Source: Carcharhinus amblyrhynchos (taxonomy: Eukaryota). Taken from it: 64,000 bases of DNA. The stretch is from NCBI GenBank assembly GCA_965287045.1, contig OZ336874.1:17608001-17672000 (forward strand), in the 5' to 3' direction. Below, piece after piece: positions 24,711-36,634 of this stretch. The position numbers were made by a program, and so were the translations under genes. The notes beneath the pieces are model-generated. The model made no database searches. It worked only from the letters and a program-made list of their open reading frames with translations, and had not been told where the DNA came from. The stretch's first letter is position 1; each line of letters starts with the position of its first letter.

Positions 24711-25041
24711 GGGATAGCATGGTGGCACAGTGGTTAGTACTGTTGCCTCACCGCTCTAAGAACCTGGGTTCGATTCCTGCTTGGGTCACTGTTTGTGTGG
24801 AGTTTGCACATTCTCCCTGTGTCTGCGTGAGTTTCCTTTTGGACTTCCACCCATCGTCCAAAAGCGTGCAGGTTAGATTGATTGGCCATGCCAAATTGCC
24901 CATAGTGTCACAGGATATGTTGGTTAGAAGGGTCAGCGGGGTAAATGAGTAGGGTTGTGGGGTAGAGCTTGGCATGGGGTTGTTGTCGATGCAGACTCAA
25001 TGGGTCAAATGGCCTCCTTCTGCACAGTAGGGCTCTATGAT
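24711..25041 (+). mobile_element. HE1-type SINE, near full length
   Basis: A box ggtggcacagtgg, B box ggttcgattcc, tail tgcagactcaatgggtcaaatggcctccttctgcac. Confidence 0.92.
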
Positions 25042-25317
25042 TGTCATACAATGTGCAAAACCTACCAGTTTTGTCTTTTCCTTAATTTTATGAAAGGCTA
25101 ATCTTCTTGCGCCTACCTCACTCTCCTGGGCCCTTTGCAAAAAGAGTGCACTCAAAGAATGCTTTCGCCTGTCCAATCACACAGTGCCCAAATTTGGTGG
25201 GTCAGGTTATTAAAATTACAGGACACTGCCTTGCACCATGATCAAAGTACTGTAATCTAAGTGCCCAAGGCACAAGGCTGACTATTGTTCCTGCAAGCAT
25301 CGGAAACAAAAATACAA

Positions 25318-25538
25318 TAATAAGTCTCACAACACCAGGTTAAAGTCCAACCAGTTTACTTGATAGTAAACTCATAAGCTTTCGGAAACACCTCCTTTGT
25401 CAGGTGTGAGGCCATGACACTGACGAAGGAACAGTGTTTCCAAAAACTTGTGAGTTTACTATCAAGTAAACTGGTTGGATTTTAACTTGGTGTTGTGAGA
25501 CTTCTTGCTGTGTTTACCCCAGTCCAATGCCGGTATTT
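25318..25538. mobile_element. Penelope-like inverted terminal structure (family A) with decayed hammerhead-like cores and TSD
   Basis: Arms ~25322-25403 / 25420-25503; ctgacga at 25420; flanking acaaaaata(c/a)aa at 25306-25317 and 25539-25550. Confidence 0.8.
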
Positions 25539-25759
25539 ACAAAAATAAAACCAGGAAAGTGAGGCTCCCAGAATAGAATCAAGTTGGTGCATATTGGGAT
25601 CTAGGTGTGGGTAGGGGCAGGCAGTCTGTCACAGCCAGAACAGGATTTACAGGAATTATGGAGCCTGGAGGAAGCATACCTGCTCTTCCTGACCCGCAAG
25701 TACACTTTTCCCCAATGGATTCAGCTCTTCTCACCTCCTTAAGCTGTCAAGTTTCCCAA

Positions 25760-25993
25760 TGTAATGACCTCAATGAGACCCATGAGGTGGGCCTCTTGGA
25801 GGATGAGCTCCCTGATTGGGCAGACAATCATTACCTCAATCAGGGAGTCTCACCTGTGTATATATTGAGGAGTGTCAGGGCTACTGACACTCTGGATTCT
25901 GACTTTGTACCTGAAGCACTCTAAGGAGTGGAACTGCATTCACAAATAAAGGGAATCTGGTGAAGGGACACCAGCATCTGAGGAGTTATTTCA
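25760..25993 (+). mobile_element. Solo LTR, 234 bp
   Basis: TG...CA termini (tgtaatg / ttatttca); perfect 5-bp TSD CCCAA at 25755-25759 and 25994-25998; TATA-like tatatatt ~25859; AATAAA 25945-25950. Confidence 0.85.
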
Positions 25994-27387
25994 CCCAAGG
26001 AATGGGAATCTTGTCTGACTGTGGTTAACATTAGAATGACTTCAAAAGAAGACAGGGAGCATTATTATAATATGTAAATAACTAAGCCACTTCCCATGAA
26101 CAATTTGGTCACCAAACCTTCCTCTTGCTTTCTTTCAAATTGGAATGAGGGTGTTCACTCTCTCTTTCAGATTTTTTGCATTATTTTAAACTCTGATGTT
26201 ACACCAACACACCTATTTTTGGAGTCAAGATTGAGACTTTGGTGTCGCTGCTCTACAGGTATTGAGCGTACCATGAGTAGTCCAGGAATTAAATATTTCC
26301 TGGGCACTTCAGGTAGAAAAATTAGCCTCTAATGTACAAAGGATCTGCAGTTTTGCAAATGTTTGATGTTATAACAGTGGTCAAGAAAAGCAGAGATGTT
26401 ATATCCTAAACAACCAAGTTCATGCAGGAAATCAATAGAAATAGCAATCAAACAGCCAGACTTGTTAAACCTTCCAGTATCATGATGACTATCCTAGTCA
26501 TCAAGCAGAAGAAATGTAACCGCCCTGGTGTGATTTCTAAGCTAATCACGTGGTGTGTAAAGTTTCTTCCATGCTGTCTTGGTTGTTAACTTCCAATACT
26601 GTGGAGCAAAGAGGCTGCAGACACCATTGGAACTCTTCAATAACCAGGCTAAAAATCAAGGAAACAACAATAGCAGGACTTCTGAGAAATATATTGACTA
26701 AATCAGACAAATGTAATAGCAATAATGTAGACAAATCAGAATAATGCAACTTAAATTTCAAACCAGCCCCACAAAAAAAAAATCAATTTTGATTTTGGAT
26801 TATAAATCCTATATCAGGTTGCAGTTACCATGTCTGCTTCCATGAACAGTGGCAGGACTTTTGTTATACTTGCTCCTTCTCCATTTTTTTTGTAAACGTC
26901 CAACTAAAAACACTAAAAGTCATAACCCAACTGAGGATGATGCATATTTAACTGGGACTTTTAACATACATATTGTCTGAACTGAAAAACAATTAACTGA
27001 ACATTGGTAATTAATTGAGTTTTTTGTGTGTATTAGGTAAAGGCTGCTACCAGTCAACAATATTTACTTGAAGTTTAACATACGAAAGATTTTAAAAGCA
27101 ACACTATTACGCGTTGCATTAAGAGGGAATGTTCCCCTATGATCTCAGAACTGATCAATTTGTCATCAATGATGTTTATAATCTGACTAGTTAATGGCTT
27201 CTCATTATGTGGCTTTATCTAATTTGAGGATAATTAAGAGAAATAAGTGAATTACCAACTAGCAGCGGATATCCAAGGCATTCCCCATGTAACAAATGAA
27301 AATAGCTAGACCTTCGAGGTCTTGAGGAAAACTTCTCGAATTTGATACAGTGACATCATGAAGCCTTAGGAAAAGTCATGAGATTAA

Positions 27388-28155
27388 GGCTGCGATTCTC
27401 CCTAATAAAATTTAAGTGCTGTTGCTAGCGGGAAAATCAAACCATTTTCCACTGGCCCTGGTAGCACAATCCAGGCCTGTCTGTCTCCGGCATCACTCCC
27501 ATCCCACCATTACCCCCTCTTCACCCACCTCACAGCCTCCCAATAACCAACCTCCCAGCATCTTCCTCAGAAACCATCCCCCAGCAATCCCCACCACAAA
27601 CCATCTTTGGCTAGGTGTTGTGAAGCCCCTGCCTGCCCCCAGCCCCACCCCAGACATTCACCTCACAATGTTCTCCATTGTATCCCTGCAGGAGAAGATA
27701 GCTCGCAATGGGCATAAGAAAAGGCAGGTGAGGACATGCCCAAGATAAGAGTCCCTACCCCTTACGAGGAGAGGGGGAGGCCCCAGAGCGAGCAGCGGCA
27801 GGCAGTGAGGTTGGCCTGTGCCAAATAAGTGAGTCCACTGCACCTTTATCCAGATGACCTATCTCAAGTGAGTTTCTCATCTTCCAAGCCCTTCTTATTC
27901 CCAAACACTGACCCCATTTCCTTTGTCTTCCAGGTTCTGCATCAGATGAGGCTGGGGCATCTGGAGTTGCTGCCCCCTAACCAACCAGAGCACCTCAAAG
28001 CTGAGGAAACCGAATTTTCGGCACTGTTTTCACCAGCACCATTCACCAGCACAGAAATGTCTTGGTGGAACACGTCAGCAGACAGGCTTCTGGGTCACGG
28101 TCTGGTGTGCACCATGCAGCTGTAGAAGCACACCCAGTGCAGGCCAGAATTTCCA
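27388..28155. mobile_element. MITE-like / non-autonomous DNA element remnant
   Basis: Starts ggctgcgattctcc, ends ggccagaatttcc; C-rich interior like 2170-3200. Confidence 0.4.
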
Positions 28156-28165
28156 AGGGAGCAGG

Positions 28166-28500
28166 CAGAACAGGTGCAAGAATACCAAATTTCAAAGGGA
28201 ATACCAATTTATATTGCATGAGAAAAAAAAATGCAGATTGGTTGGCAGATGGAGTCAGGTTGGTCAAGTTTTGGCTAAGGTAAGTACCCCAGGAGAAACT
28301 GACCCTGGGGCATTTGCCATGGTAAAGTCTCAGCCGATCAGAGTGACTTGGACAACACACTTTTTCTCATGCAATGTAAATTGTTACTCCTTTTGAAATC
28401 TGGTATTCTTGATCCTGTCCTGATGAGTGCAAGATCAAAAGCTTCGACAGCATGTCTCCTTTTTCAGCAAAACTCAAGTTTTGTACAGCTAAGGGATTAT
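28166..28500 (+). mobile_element. Inverted-repeat element ending in a hammerhead motif (family C; Penelope-like or retrozyme-like)
   Basis: Arms 28166-28227 / 28361-28422 match 54/62 ungapped; inner hairpin ccccagg/cctgggg. Confidence 0.7.
28415..28450 (+). ncRNA. Minimal type I hammerhead ribozyme-like motif, core variant
   Basis: Stem I CUGUC/GACAG, CUGAUGA, short stem II, CAAA in place of GAAA, palindromic AAGCUU stem III, UC cleavage position at 28445. Confidence 0.65.
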
Positions 28501-28604
28501 TAATTCATTAGCTATAAGATATTTTATGACAGTGTGGTCATGAAATATGCAGGAGGTCCATTGTCAGAATAAAAAGACTTGTGTTAAGATCATGCTTTTC
28601 ATGA

Positions 28605-28877
28605 CCACACATATTAACATTGCAATGAAGTTATTGTGAAAATTCCCCGAGTCACCACACTCCAGCGCCTGTTTGGGTACACCGAGGGAGAATATAGCAT
28701 GGCCAATGCACCTAACCAGCACATCTTTCAGACTGTGGAGGAAGTCGGAGCACCCAGGGGAAACTCATGCAAACATGGGGAGAATGTGCAGACTCCATGC
28801 AGACAGGAGTTCAAGCCAGGAATTGAACTCGGGTCTCTGGTGCTGAGGCAGCAGTGCTAACTACTGTGCCACCGTGC
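28605..28877 (-). mobile_element. HE1-head SINE with tail B
   Basis: attaacattgcaatgaagttattgtgaaa is the reverse of the 9682-9710 tail; head gaggcagcagtgctaactactgtgccaccgtgc. Confidence 0.85.
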
Positions 28878-29512
28878 ATACTCCTACTTTTGTTGCACGT
28901 TTATGTTTTGTGCTTCCTGTTTTTACCAATTCTGTATAATGAACTTAAATTAAGTCAAAGCTAAAGTGAGTATAATGACTGTGACTGGATTTGTGAAGTT
29001 GAATTTCAGGTACTTTTGGCAATGCCTTGCCAGGATTCCTCCATTTATTGCAGTGGTTCTATTAGAACAAACATAGCACTAAACGTAATTAAAGCATGCA
29101 TAAACGCACATAAATGAGATCAATTTAAAATAATAGGCTTGAAATTGCACGGAAGTGTATCTGTCATGGAATTCACGTATTACCATACTGATCAGTCTTA
29201 CTTTTATGCAATTGTCAGTTCTTTCTTATGTATAATGATTCTGAGTACCTTAGCTGCTGCCTGGCAAAAGTTTTTTCTGGTCAGTTAAGAACCATATTAA
29301 AATACTTTGCAATTAAGGAGCTCCACAAACTTGGAAACTGGTTTTGTCAGGATTCCTCAATTTGATTTTAGTAAGAGTTGTTTTATCCTATAATTTTAAT
29401 GCTGAATAATGCTCTACAACTGAAGGATACAGGCCATCAAACCCAAAGGATCTGCGTAGCTCCACATTAATAGCAACAATATCAGTGCAACATCAACTCC
29501 AGAGATTCGAAG

Positions 29513-29679
29513 ATCATAGATTGATCATAGATTCCTTACAATGCAGAAGGATGCCAGCAACCAATTGAGTCAGTGCTGACCACAATCCCACCCAGGCCCT
29601 ATTCCCGTAACCCACAAACACCCTGACACTAGGTTCAATTTAGCATAGCCAATCAACTTAACCCACATATCTTTGGACT
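29513..29679 (-). mobile_element. HE1-type SINE, 3' half
   Basis: catagattccttacaatgcagaagg...caatttagcatagccaatc. Confidence 0.75.
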
Positions 29680-30114
29680 TCATGAGCAGAATGGTATGTT
29701 CCCACCAGGATGGATTCTAAGGTGAGGAGTAGTGTAAAAGTGAACCCAGGCCCAATTTCACACTTGGGCAGGTGAGGCCCCAGGTGAGAAAGCTGTCCTT
29801 TCACGTATTAGGGCACTGGTCCCACCCAGCCTCAATTTTCAGTCTGGTGGGGGCAGGTACAGATAAGGTGGGAAACAGGATAAAATACTTTTCTCTCCCT
29901 CGGGCGGGAAAGAAAGTGGCACTTCAATATGAAGGCATGTCAGAGTTGGGCCGCTCTCCCTTCTGGGATCTGGCAGCTCCAGTCTTCCCTCATCCCATAA
30001 TCTGCCCCCCAAGGCTGTGATCACCATCCCCTCTCCCCCAGATGTCCCCTACTCTCCTATACTTGGGGCCCCTAGGGCCACCTGGACTTAGCTTTCCAAC
30101 AGTCACAGGGCGTT

Positions 30115-30211
30115 AGCTCTGACAAAGGGTCATTCTGACTCGAAACGTTTCCATTCTCTCTCCACAGATGCTCTCAGACTTGCTGAGATTTTACAGCATT
30201 TTCTGCTTTTT
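30115..30211 (+). mobile_element. Penelope-like terminal fragment (family B) with hammerhead-like core
   Basis: ctgacaa-a-gggtc-attct-gactc-gaaa-cgtt, followed by the same 3' text as 9165-9220. Confidence 0.7.
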
Positions 30212-33200
30212 CCCAGGCAAAATGCTACAGTGCAACTCTTGGCCACTGCAGCACTGAATCTGGTCGGGTATAGGCAGGACTTGCTTCCAAGGCCAGATGG
30301 AAGTCCTGCCATTGCCAATCAACACTTGAGCGAGCATTTAACAGCAGTGGGCTTCCAAGAGTTGTGGCAGCGCATTATGCACCAACTCTCGATATGACAA
30401 ACACTGATCGTTCTCCATCTTAAAAGTCTACCCCATGTATCGAGTAAACGTGTGCACTTGGTGCTGCTTGATTGTATTGCTGTGGGAATAGGAGAATGGG
30501 GAAAGTCAAGACTATACGTGTGTACACAGCACTGTTCACGAGACGACGGCTGCAAATGAAATTCTTGTTTCGCAAAGAGTGAACAGGCTAACCAGCTCTT
30601 TGATTCATCAAAATGCAGACAGCAAATTAGGCTGGCAGAATTTGCTTTTAATTTTGTTTCAGCCTTGCTTTGATTCCCCTCATCCTTTAGCCACTGCACA
30701 TAAGTCTGAATTCAATAGAACTTCTTCCAAATGCTCCTCAGACCAATGCACATACGTGCATCTCTCCACTTTTTACTGCATTCCTGGCCTGGAATCAATA
30801 CCCAAGAGGATGCCAGAAGTGCAGTATAAAAAGGGACTACAAAAGCAGCTTGGGTCATTTACAAGCCACCGATAAAGCTGCAATGGTTTACCATTATGTA
30901 GTTCCACCATCTGTTACGTGCATTAACAAGGACATGTAACGTGTGCACAATGTGTTTCTGTATTAGAATTCTCCAACTACACAACCTGTGTCAAATGAAA
31001 ACGCCATGGAAAAAAAAAGGCATTCTCCTCGTGGTGTCAAACAATACAAGCTGGAATTGCCCGCAGAGCATGAAGCTCAGCACCTGTGAGGCCAGGGTGT
31101 CACTGGATGTTCAACAATTACATATCTTCCCAAAGGAAAGTGGCAGGCTGCATTGTGAACCATTGAAAAGCCAACTGATGGATTCCAACTTGACATACAG
31201 CGATAGTTGGAATGTCATAGACCAACACTCTTTTGTTATTTTGATGCCAAAAGTTGAACCATCTTCATTTTAGACTAACTGATGTGAAGTATCAAAACCT
31301 GATGGCAGAAATGCCTGATGAGTTACACTGATCTCTCAAGACAACTATGCCACATCTGGTCCTCCATCTATGGCCTGCTCTGGAAAGAGTCTGTATGAGT
31401 CAATTTAGTGCAATTTAGGACTAAAGATTTCCTCGGCAGGTTTGGAGCAACCAGAATTGCAGCTGTTTGACCTGCACAGGTTTTATGAAGGATCTTTGAC
31501 AGAAGTGCACTAATTGGCACCCAGGACCTGGGGACTATTTTACACTGAAGCTAAGCTGGCAGAATCTAACGAGTTCTGAAATTGTGATTGCATGCCCCCC
31601 CCCCCCATTAAGGGGCAATTGTCCATTCATCACATGACCCTCCCAAGACCTATCAGAACAGAGCGCATGCACTCCAGCCTATTGAGTATGACGGTGTGGG
31701 TCCAGGTAATTCTTTGAACTGCATTAGAAGGATCATGGCATCATCACTGGGTGTTTGTGGCATGGAATTGAAAATGCGCAGCGCAAGATTCACCAAGATG
31801 TTACCAGGGGTCAGGGGGCTGTAGTTTTGAGGGAAGTTGGATCTAATTTGCTTCCAGTGGAAGTCAGAATAACAACTTCATTCTTAGCTTTTGTAATAAC
31901 GTTAAGAGGAAAAATATCTGGAGTAGGAAAGTTACCTGGGGCAGATTCCAGTATCTGGATTGGAAGTTGTAAATTGGTACGGGATGACAGAAGGTTAATC
32001 TGCAATCAATCATAGAGAGATTCCATACAGAGAGACATTATAGTTACCTGCAGGAGCATTTTCTACTAACTTTGTATCAATACAAGAATAGCTCAGGTGA
32101 TCATTAAATGTCTAAAGCCATGAGGAGGCCATTTTATACCAGATCGAACTTGCTCAGACTACAGTCAAACTCCCGCCTTAAGGTATTATCAACACTGTTT
32201 TTAGTCTTGACTACACTACACCAGTTTTTAATGATTTCTCCAGGATTAGGGGGTGGCTGAGTGGCTTCACTTTTTTAACAGAGATGCTATAAGCTTTTTG
32301 GTGATTAATGTCAACTGCTAGTGAGGTAAGGGTTTTCAACTACTGCTGTATATTTGGGTTTCCTCTGGCCCTTTACTGCAAACATCTTTCAGAGCTCAAG
32401 AGAATTAAGCTGCCTGCACCTCCTTCTCCAAAATAACAAATACCAGACATGTTCTAATTCTGTGGAATGAATTAGCAGACTAACCGAAGGGCATCTTCAC
32501 CAAGCATCAGTCAGTCTTATATCCTGTCATTTTAAGACCTTCATAATGGGTACTTTGACTAAAAATCAAAAGCAAACGTTGCCTTTTATTTCTTTCTTGT
32601 TGTTTCAGTCTGGCTGGCAAATAAAAAGTGATGAAACAGCATCTATGGCCACTCCCAAGTGGGCTTGCACTATACAATGGACAGTTGAAAGGAAATTATC
32701 TGCCAACCGCCTTTGGCAATCTCTGTTCCGTGCATTCTTTTATTGAAAGAGTTACTTTTTATGAGGAGATTTGGTTACTCTTCCAGTAAGCCCCTGCTCA
32801 TTGCTCCTCTCCTTCTTCATCAGTGTTCTGAAACATCAAATATTGCTTCCTGACTGAAGAGGGCAGGGAGTGACTGACCTTCTTGCATCCCTTCCTCATG
32901 TGATAATGTGACTGCAATGTGCTGTCACTGCTTCACTTAGTGTGTCTCTTAATTGCTATATAACACTGTACACACTGGTACATTTTTCACAATGCACATG
33001 GCAGCATGAATCCAAGCTTTGAGATCAGAAACAGATCTACAGATAGGGCTGTAGCATTTTCCAACATGAGAAAGGAAAAAGAGATCTTGAGAGTGGTGAC
33101 TAGATGGGCCTCACACCTCCTGCATGTATTGCATAGCAGACAGAATAATAAAATCACAAAGGGAATTTAAACTAAATTATGCCTGTAAAATATTTTTAAA

Positions 33201-33359
33201 ATTGGTTTTCCTGATGTTGCAGCACCTTCTTACCTATGGCTACATTTCCCTAATGTACCAAAATACAACAAAAATAAGGCATTTACATTTAACCCATTTG
33301 AAGTAATATTCGCTCTTTCATTTCAAAGGAAAGTGATTAATTTATTGAAAATGTACATA

Positions 33360-33618
33360 GTATTCCTTTACAGCCTCGCTTGACCCGAAACCAAAAAAAA
33401 AATCCTGCCCGAGGTCAACAGACCTCTTCAAGTTCCACCCCTCGCCTGCCCCGATTCCCGTGGTGGGCAGAGCGGTAAAATTCTGGCCAACAAGACTATT
33501 TGAGAAGAGATCATGCAGGATTTTCTGGCCTCGCTCAACGAAGAATCAACAGGCATTTCTGTTCTCCGCCCCTCGCCAGTTCCAATTCCATGGCAGGCAG
33601 GGCAATAAAATTCCAGCG
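33360..33618. mobile_element. Two adjacent ~110-130-bp MITE copies
   Basis: Both contain gcctcgct...tcaaca...cccctcgcc...attcc...ggcag...taaaattc; related to 46618-46743. Confidence 0.6.
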
Positions 33619-33912
33619 TTGTGATAATAAGGCTGACCATTGCCCACACAATGTTGGTATTTTGCAAGGACATTTGGATCTGCTGTAGAAGGCCCCAGTC
33701 TCCAGAAATAATATTGGGTCCTTGTTTAGAGAGGATGCATTCTCTTCTGGTCCTGCTTCTCCACAAAATTAAGTCAACAGTATATTATACAATCTTGTTT
33801 CAATATCTCTTGCATTTCAACTTCTTTGATTAGGATCAGCATTCATATGTAATGCGAGGGAACTCCTTATACCAAAGGAGCTCAAAGAAGTGAAAGAAAC
33901 TAAACGAACATT

Positions 33913-34241
33913 GGGCGGCACAGTGGTTAGCACTGGTGCCTCACAGCACGATAGACCCAGGTTCAATTCAGGCCTCAGTTGACTACTTGTATAGAGTTTA
34001 CACATTCTTCCCACTGTCTGTGTGGGTTTCCTCCAGTTCTATGGTTGCCTCCCACAGTCCAAAGACATGTGGGTTAGATTGATTGGCCATGCTAAATTGC
34101 CCTTTAATGTCCCAGGACATGTAGATTAGAGGGATTACTGGGGCAAACGTGCGGGGTAATGGGGATAGGGTCTGGTGTGGGATTGTTGTTGGTGCAGACT
34201 CAATGAGCCGAATGGTCTCCTTCTGCACTGTAGGGATTCTA
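33913..34241 (+). mobile_element. HE1-type SINE, near full length
   Basis: gggcggcacagtggttagcactgg...ggttcaattc...tgcagactcaatgagccgaatggtctccttctgcactgtagggattct. Confidence 0.92.
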
Positions 34242-34457
34242 CGTGAGGGTTGAGGAAAACGGCATAAAAAGGTGAAACAGAATTGTTAGTATTCCTCGTG
34301 AAACACTGCTATTCAAACAACTATTAAGTCCAAAGTATAAACATTTACAAATGGAGCAAGTTCACTTTACCTTTCACGAGAGGTCCCTGTCAAACCCACC
34401 TGTTGACATGCATAGTCAATGAACTGACAGTCGCTTAGTCTTTACTGCAGGCTTAAA

Positions 34458-34597
34458 GGGATAATTTTCATCTGTCAAAAGGCCATATCAGAAATTCTTA
34501 AATTATTAAAAATAGTGTGCAGTGAAAACCGGAATTTCCTATAAGCACAATTGTCGGCTACAATTCCATGTTTGTAAAAAGGTCGGAAAATTACCCC
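34458..34597. mobile_element. 140-bp MITE
   Basis: Terminal inverted repeats gggataattttc / gaaaattacccc (11/12). Confidence 0.5.
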
Positions 34598-35739
34598 TCA
34601 AGTGGTGTATAGGACAGAGGCCAATATAACATTGCCAGATCACATCACTGGCCAAGTACCTGATTCAACTTGGTTTGCAGGTTTTAGATTAGACATCCGG
34701 GTTAACCAGGCTTTAGAGAAACCCAGCAGCTGAAGGAAAGTAAGGGCCTCTTTGTTGAGAAAACAGGTACCTTTCCAACACTGCTTGTAGCCAGCATAAG
34801 CAGATGTCTTTCCTTCTCCCTCAGGTCAAGCAAACTCCCTTCACTGGACCATCAAGCTACGCTACGGTTTCTCTCCCTTGCCCCTACTAAAAAGATTGTA
34901 ATCTGGGAATGGATTCTTCCCTTCATTGCACCCCAGAATCAGGCACCTCCTCTGTGGTTGTCATATGTACCTGCCTACTCTTGCAGCCTGCTTCGCAGTC
35001 CTCCTCCCCGACTGATTGGAAACCAAGCCTGGGTGAGTAATCTAACAGGGATAAAAGACATAACATTATCTTCCAGGTTTTAAGTCCTTCACTCATCGAC
35101 ATAGCATGTGCTTGTTAATATACAGTCTGTTGTTTCAGTTGAGCTAGAACCACAGACTTTAGAAGGGATTTTTCTTGCATCTAAAACCCTCTCTGAAATT
35201 CAGGTGATGTGACGGTTGCACTATTTGAGCTCTGGCTCAATGTAGCTGGCAAGCCCTCCCGCAGTGATGTTTTGCTTCAACTAGTCTTCCCAATAATAAA
35301 TTAATCCCTGGTGTGATGATGCAGGGATGATAAGAAGGGAGAGAATGATGCTTGAATGATGTGAACTGAACATTAAAAGAAAGAGCACAGTGAAAGAAAT
35401 TGTGCGTGAGGATGATTCCATCAAGAGCAGTTCACAAATCTGATTCCATAACTGAATCTGTAAAACCTTGAGTGAAGAATGAAAAGCATTCTGTAAATGG
35501 AAGGGTTGGTAAATATAAGTAAATTCCTCTTTGATCTTCACATTTCCTGTGACACACTAAATCACTGCCAATTGTCAACAAAAGCATACTTAAATTGCAG
35601 TAGATACATACATGAAATGCTCTGAGCTAACAACCTGAAAATCAGCTACATAATTGTGAGTATTACTGTCGGGTAAAAAATAAAATGAACATCAATCTGC
35701 TGTTTCAGTTACACCAGCATAGGAAATATTGGTAAAGTT

Positions 35740-36630
35740 GCAGAATGGGTGTGTAGTTTTCAAATTAATTTCAATATGGGTAACAATAATGTGGTGTGGT
35801 TTAGCAGGAAGAGTACGGAGATCACACGTTGCTTGGAAAGTAAGTCTAAGTGGAATAGAGGAGAAAAGGGATGGAGGGATACAGATTCACAAATCATAAT
35901 AACAGCACAGATCAACAGGGCCATAAAAAGGCAAACAAAGCACTGTGGTTCATGTCCAGAGGGGTTGAATAGTTCACCAGAGATAAAAGTTCTACTGAAC
36001 CTTGCTTGAACCACCTCTTGGTACTCCGAATGCTGCTGGTCTCCATATTGCAAAACAGATATTAAGTCACCGGGTAAAGTGCAAAATAAGAAGTCTCACA
36101 ACACCAGGTTAAAGTCCAACAGGTTTATTTAGTTCTCAGAGCACTGCCTTTTGTGGCTTCTGCTACCAAATAAACCAGTTGGATTTTAACCTGATGTTGT
36201 GAGGCTTCTTATTGTGCTTACCCCAGTCCAACTCCGGCATCTCCATATCATAAGGTGCAAAAACCATTCACAAGGTTGACTGAAGAACAATGAGGATATA
36301 GCTATCATTAAAGTGGCCGAGACTCTTCTCTCGAATAAAGAGAGGGTTGAGATAGAGATCTTCACAGAAATCTTTAAAATTATGAAACAGTTTGATAAGG
36401 TAGATGGAGAGACATTCTCTCATTTATGGGGAATCCAAAATTAGAGGTCATAAATATACAATCATCATTAATTACTCCAAGGAGGAATCCAGCAGAAGAT
36501 TCTTTGTCCAAAGAATACTACAAATATGGATCTTGCCACCACAAAGAATAGTTGAGGTGATTATCATTGATGCATTTAGATGGAAGCCTGATAAACACAT
36601 AAGAAATAAAGTAGAAAGATATGTTAACAA
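35740..36630 (+). mobile_element. Old CR1 3' fragment, interrupted
   Basis: Decayed ...GESKIRGHKYTII...RRFFVQRILQIW (ORF 36404-36757), a CR1 ORF2 C-terminus. Confidence 0.75.
36087..36250. mobile_element. Penelope-like inverted terminal structure (family A) inside CR1
   Basis: Arms taagaagtctcacaacaccaggttaaagtccaacaggtttattt / aaataaaccagttggattttaacctgatgttgtgaggcttctta; TSD taa(a/g)gtgcaaaa at 36075-36086 and 36251-36262. Confidence 0.8.
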
Positions 36631-36634
36631 AGAA

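Noticed and set aside
24711-24785. tRNA-like A/B boxes
   Set aside because: SINE heads, not tRNA genes: no cloverleaf and they continue into the SINE body
27860-27940. Plus-strand GTGAGT donor and ctttgtcttccag acceptor
   Set aside because: Inside a repeat remnant; no recognisable spliced ORF
31315-31345. CTGATGAG hammerhead-like start; also 44292
   Set aside because: No downstream GAAA/NUH or stem I pairing
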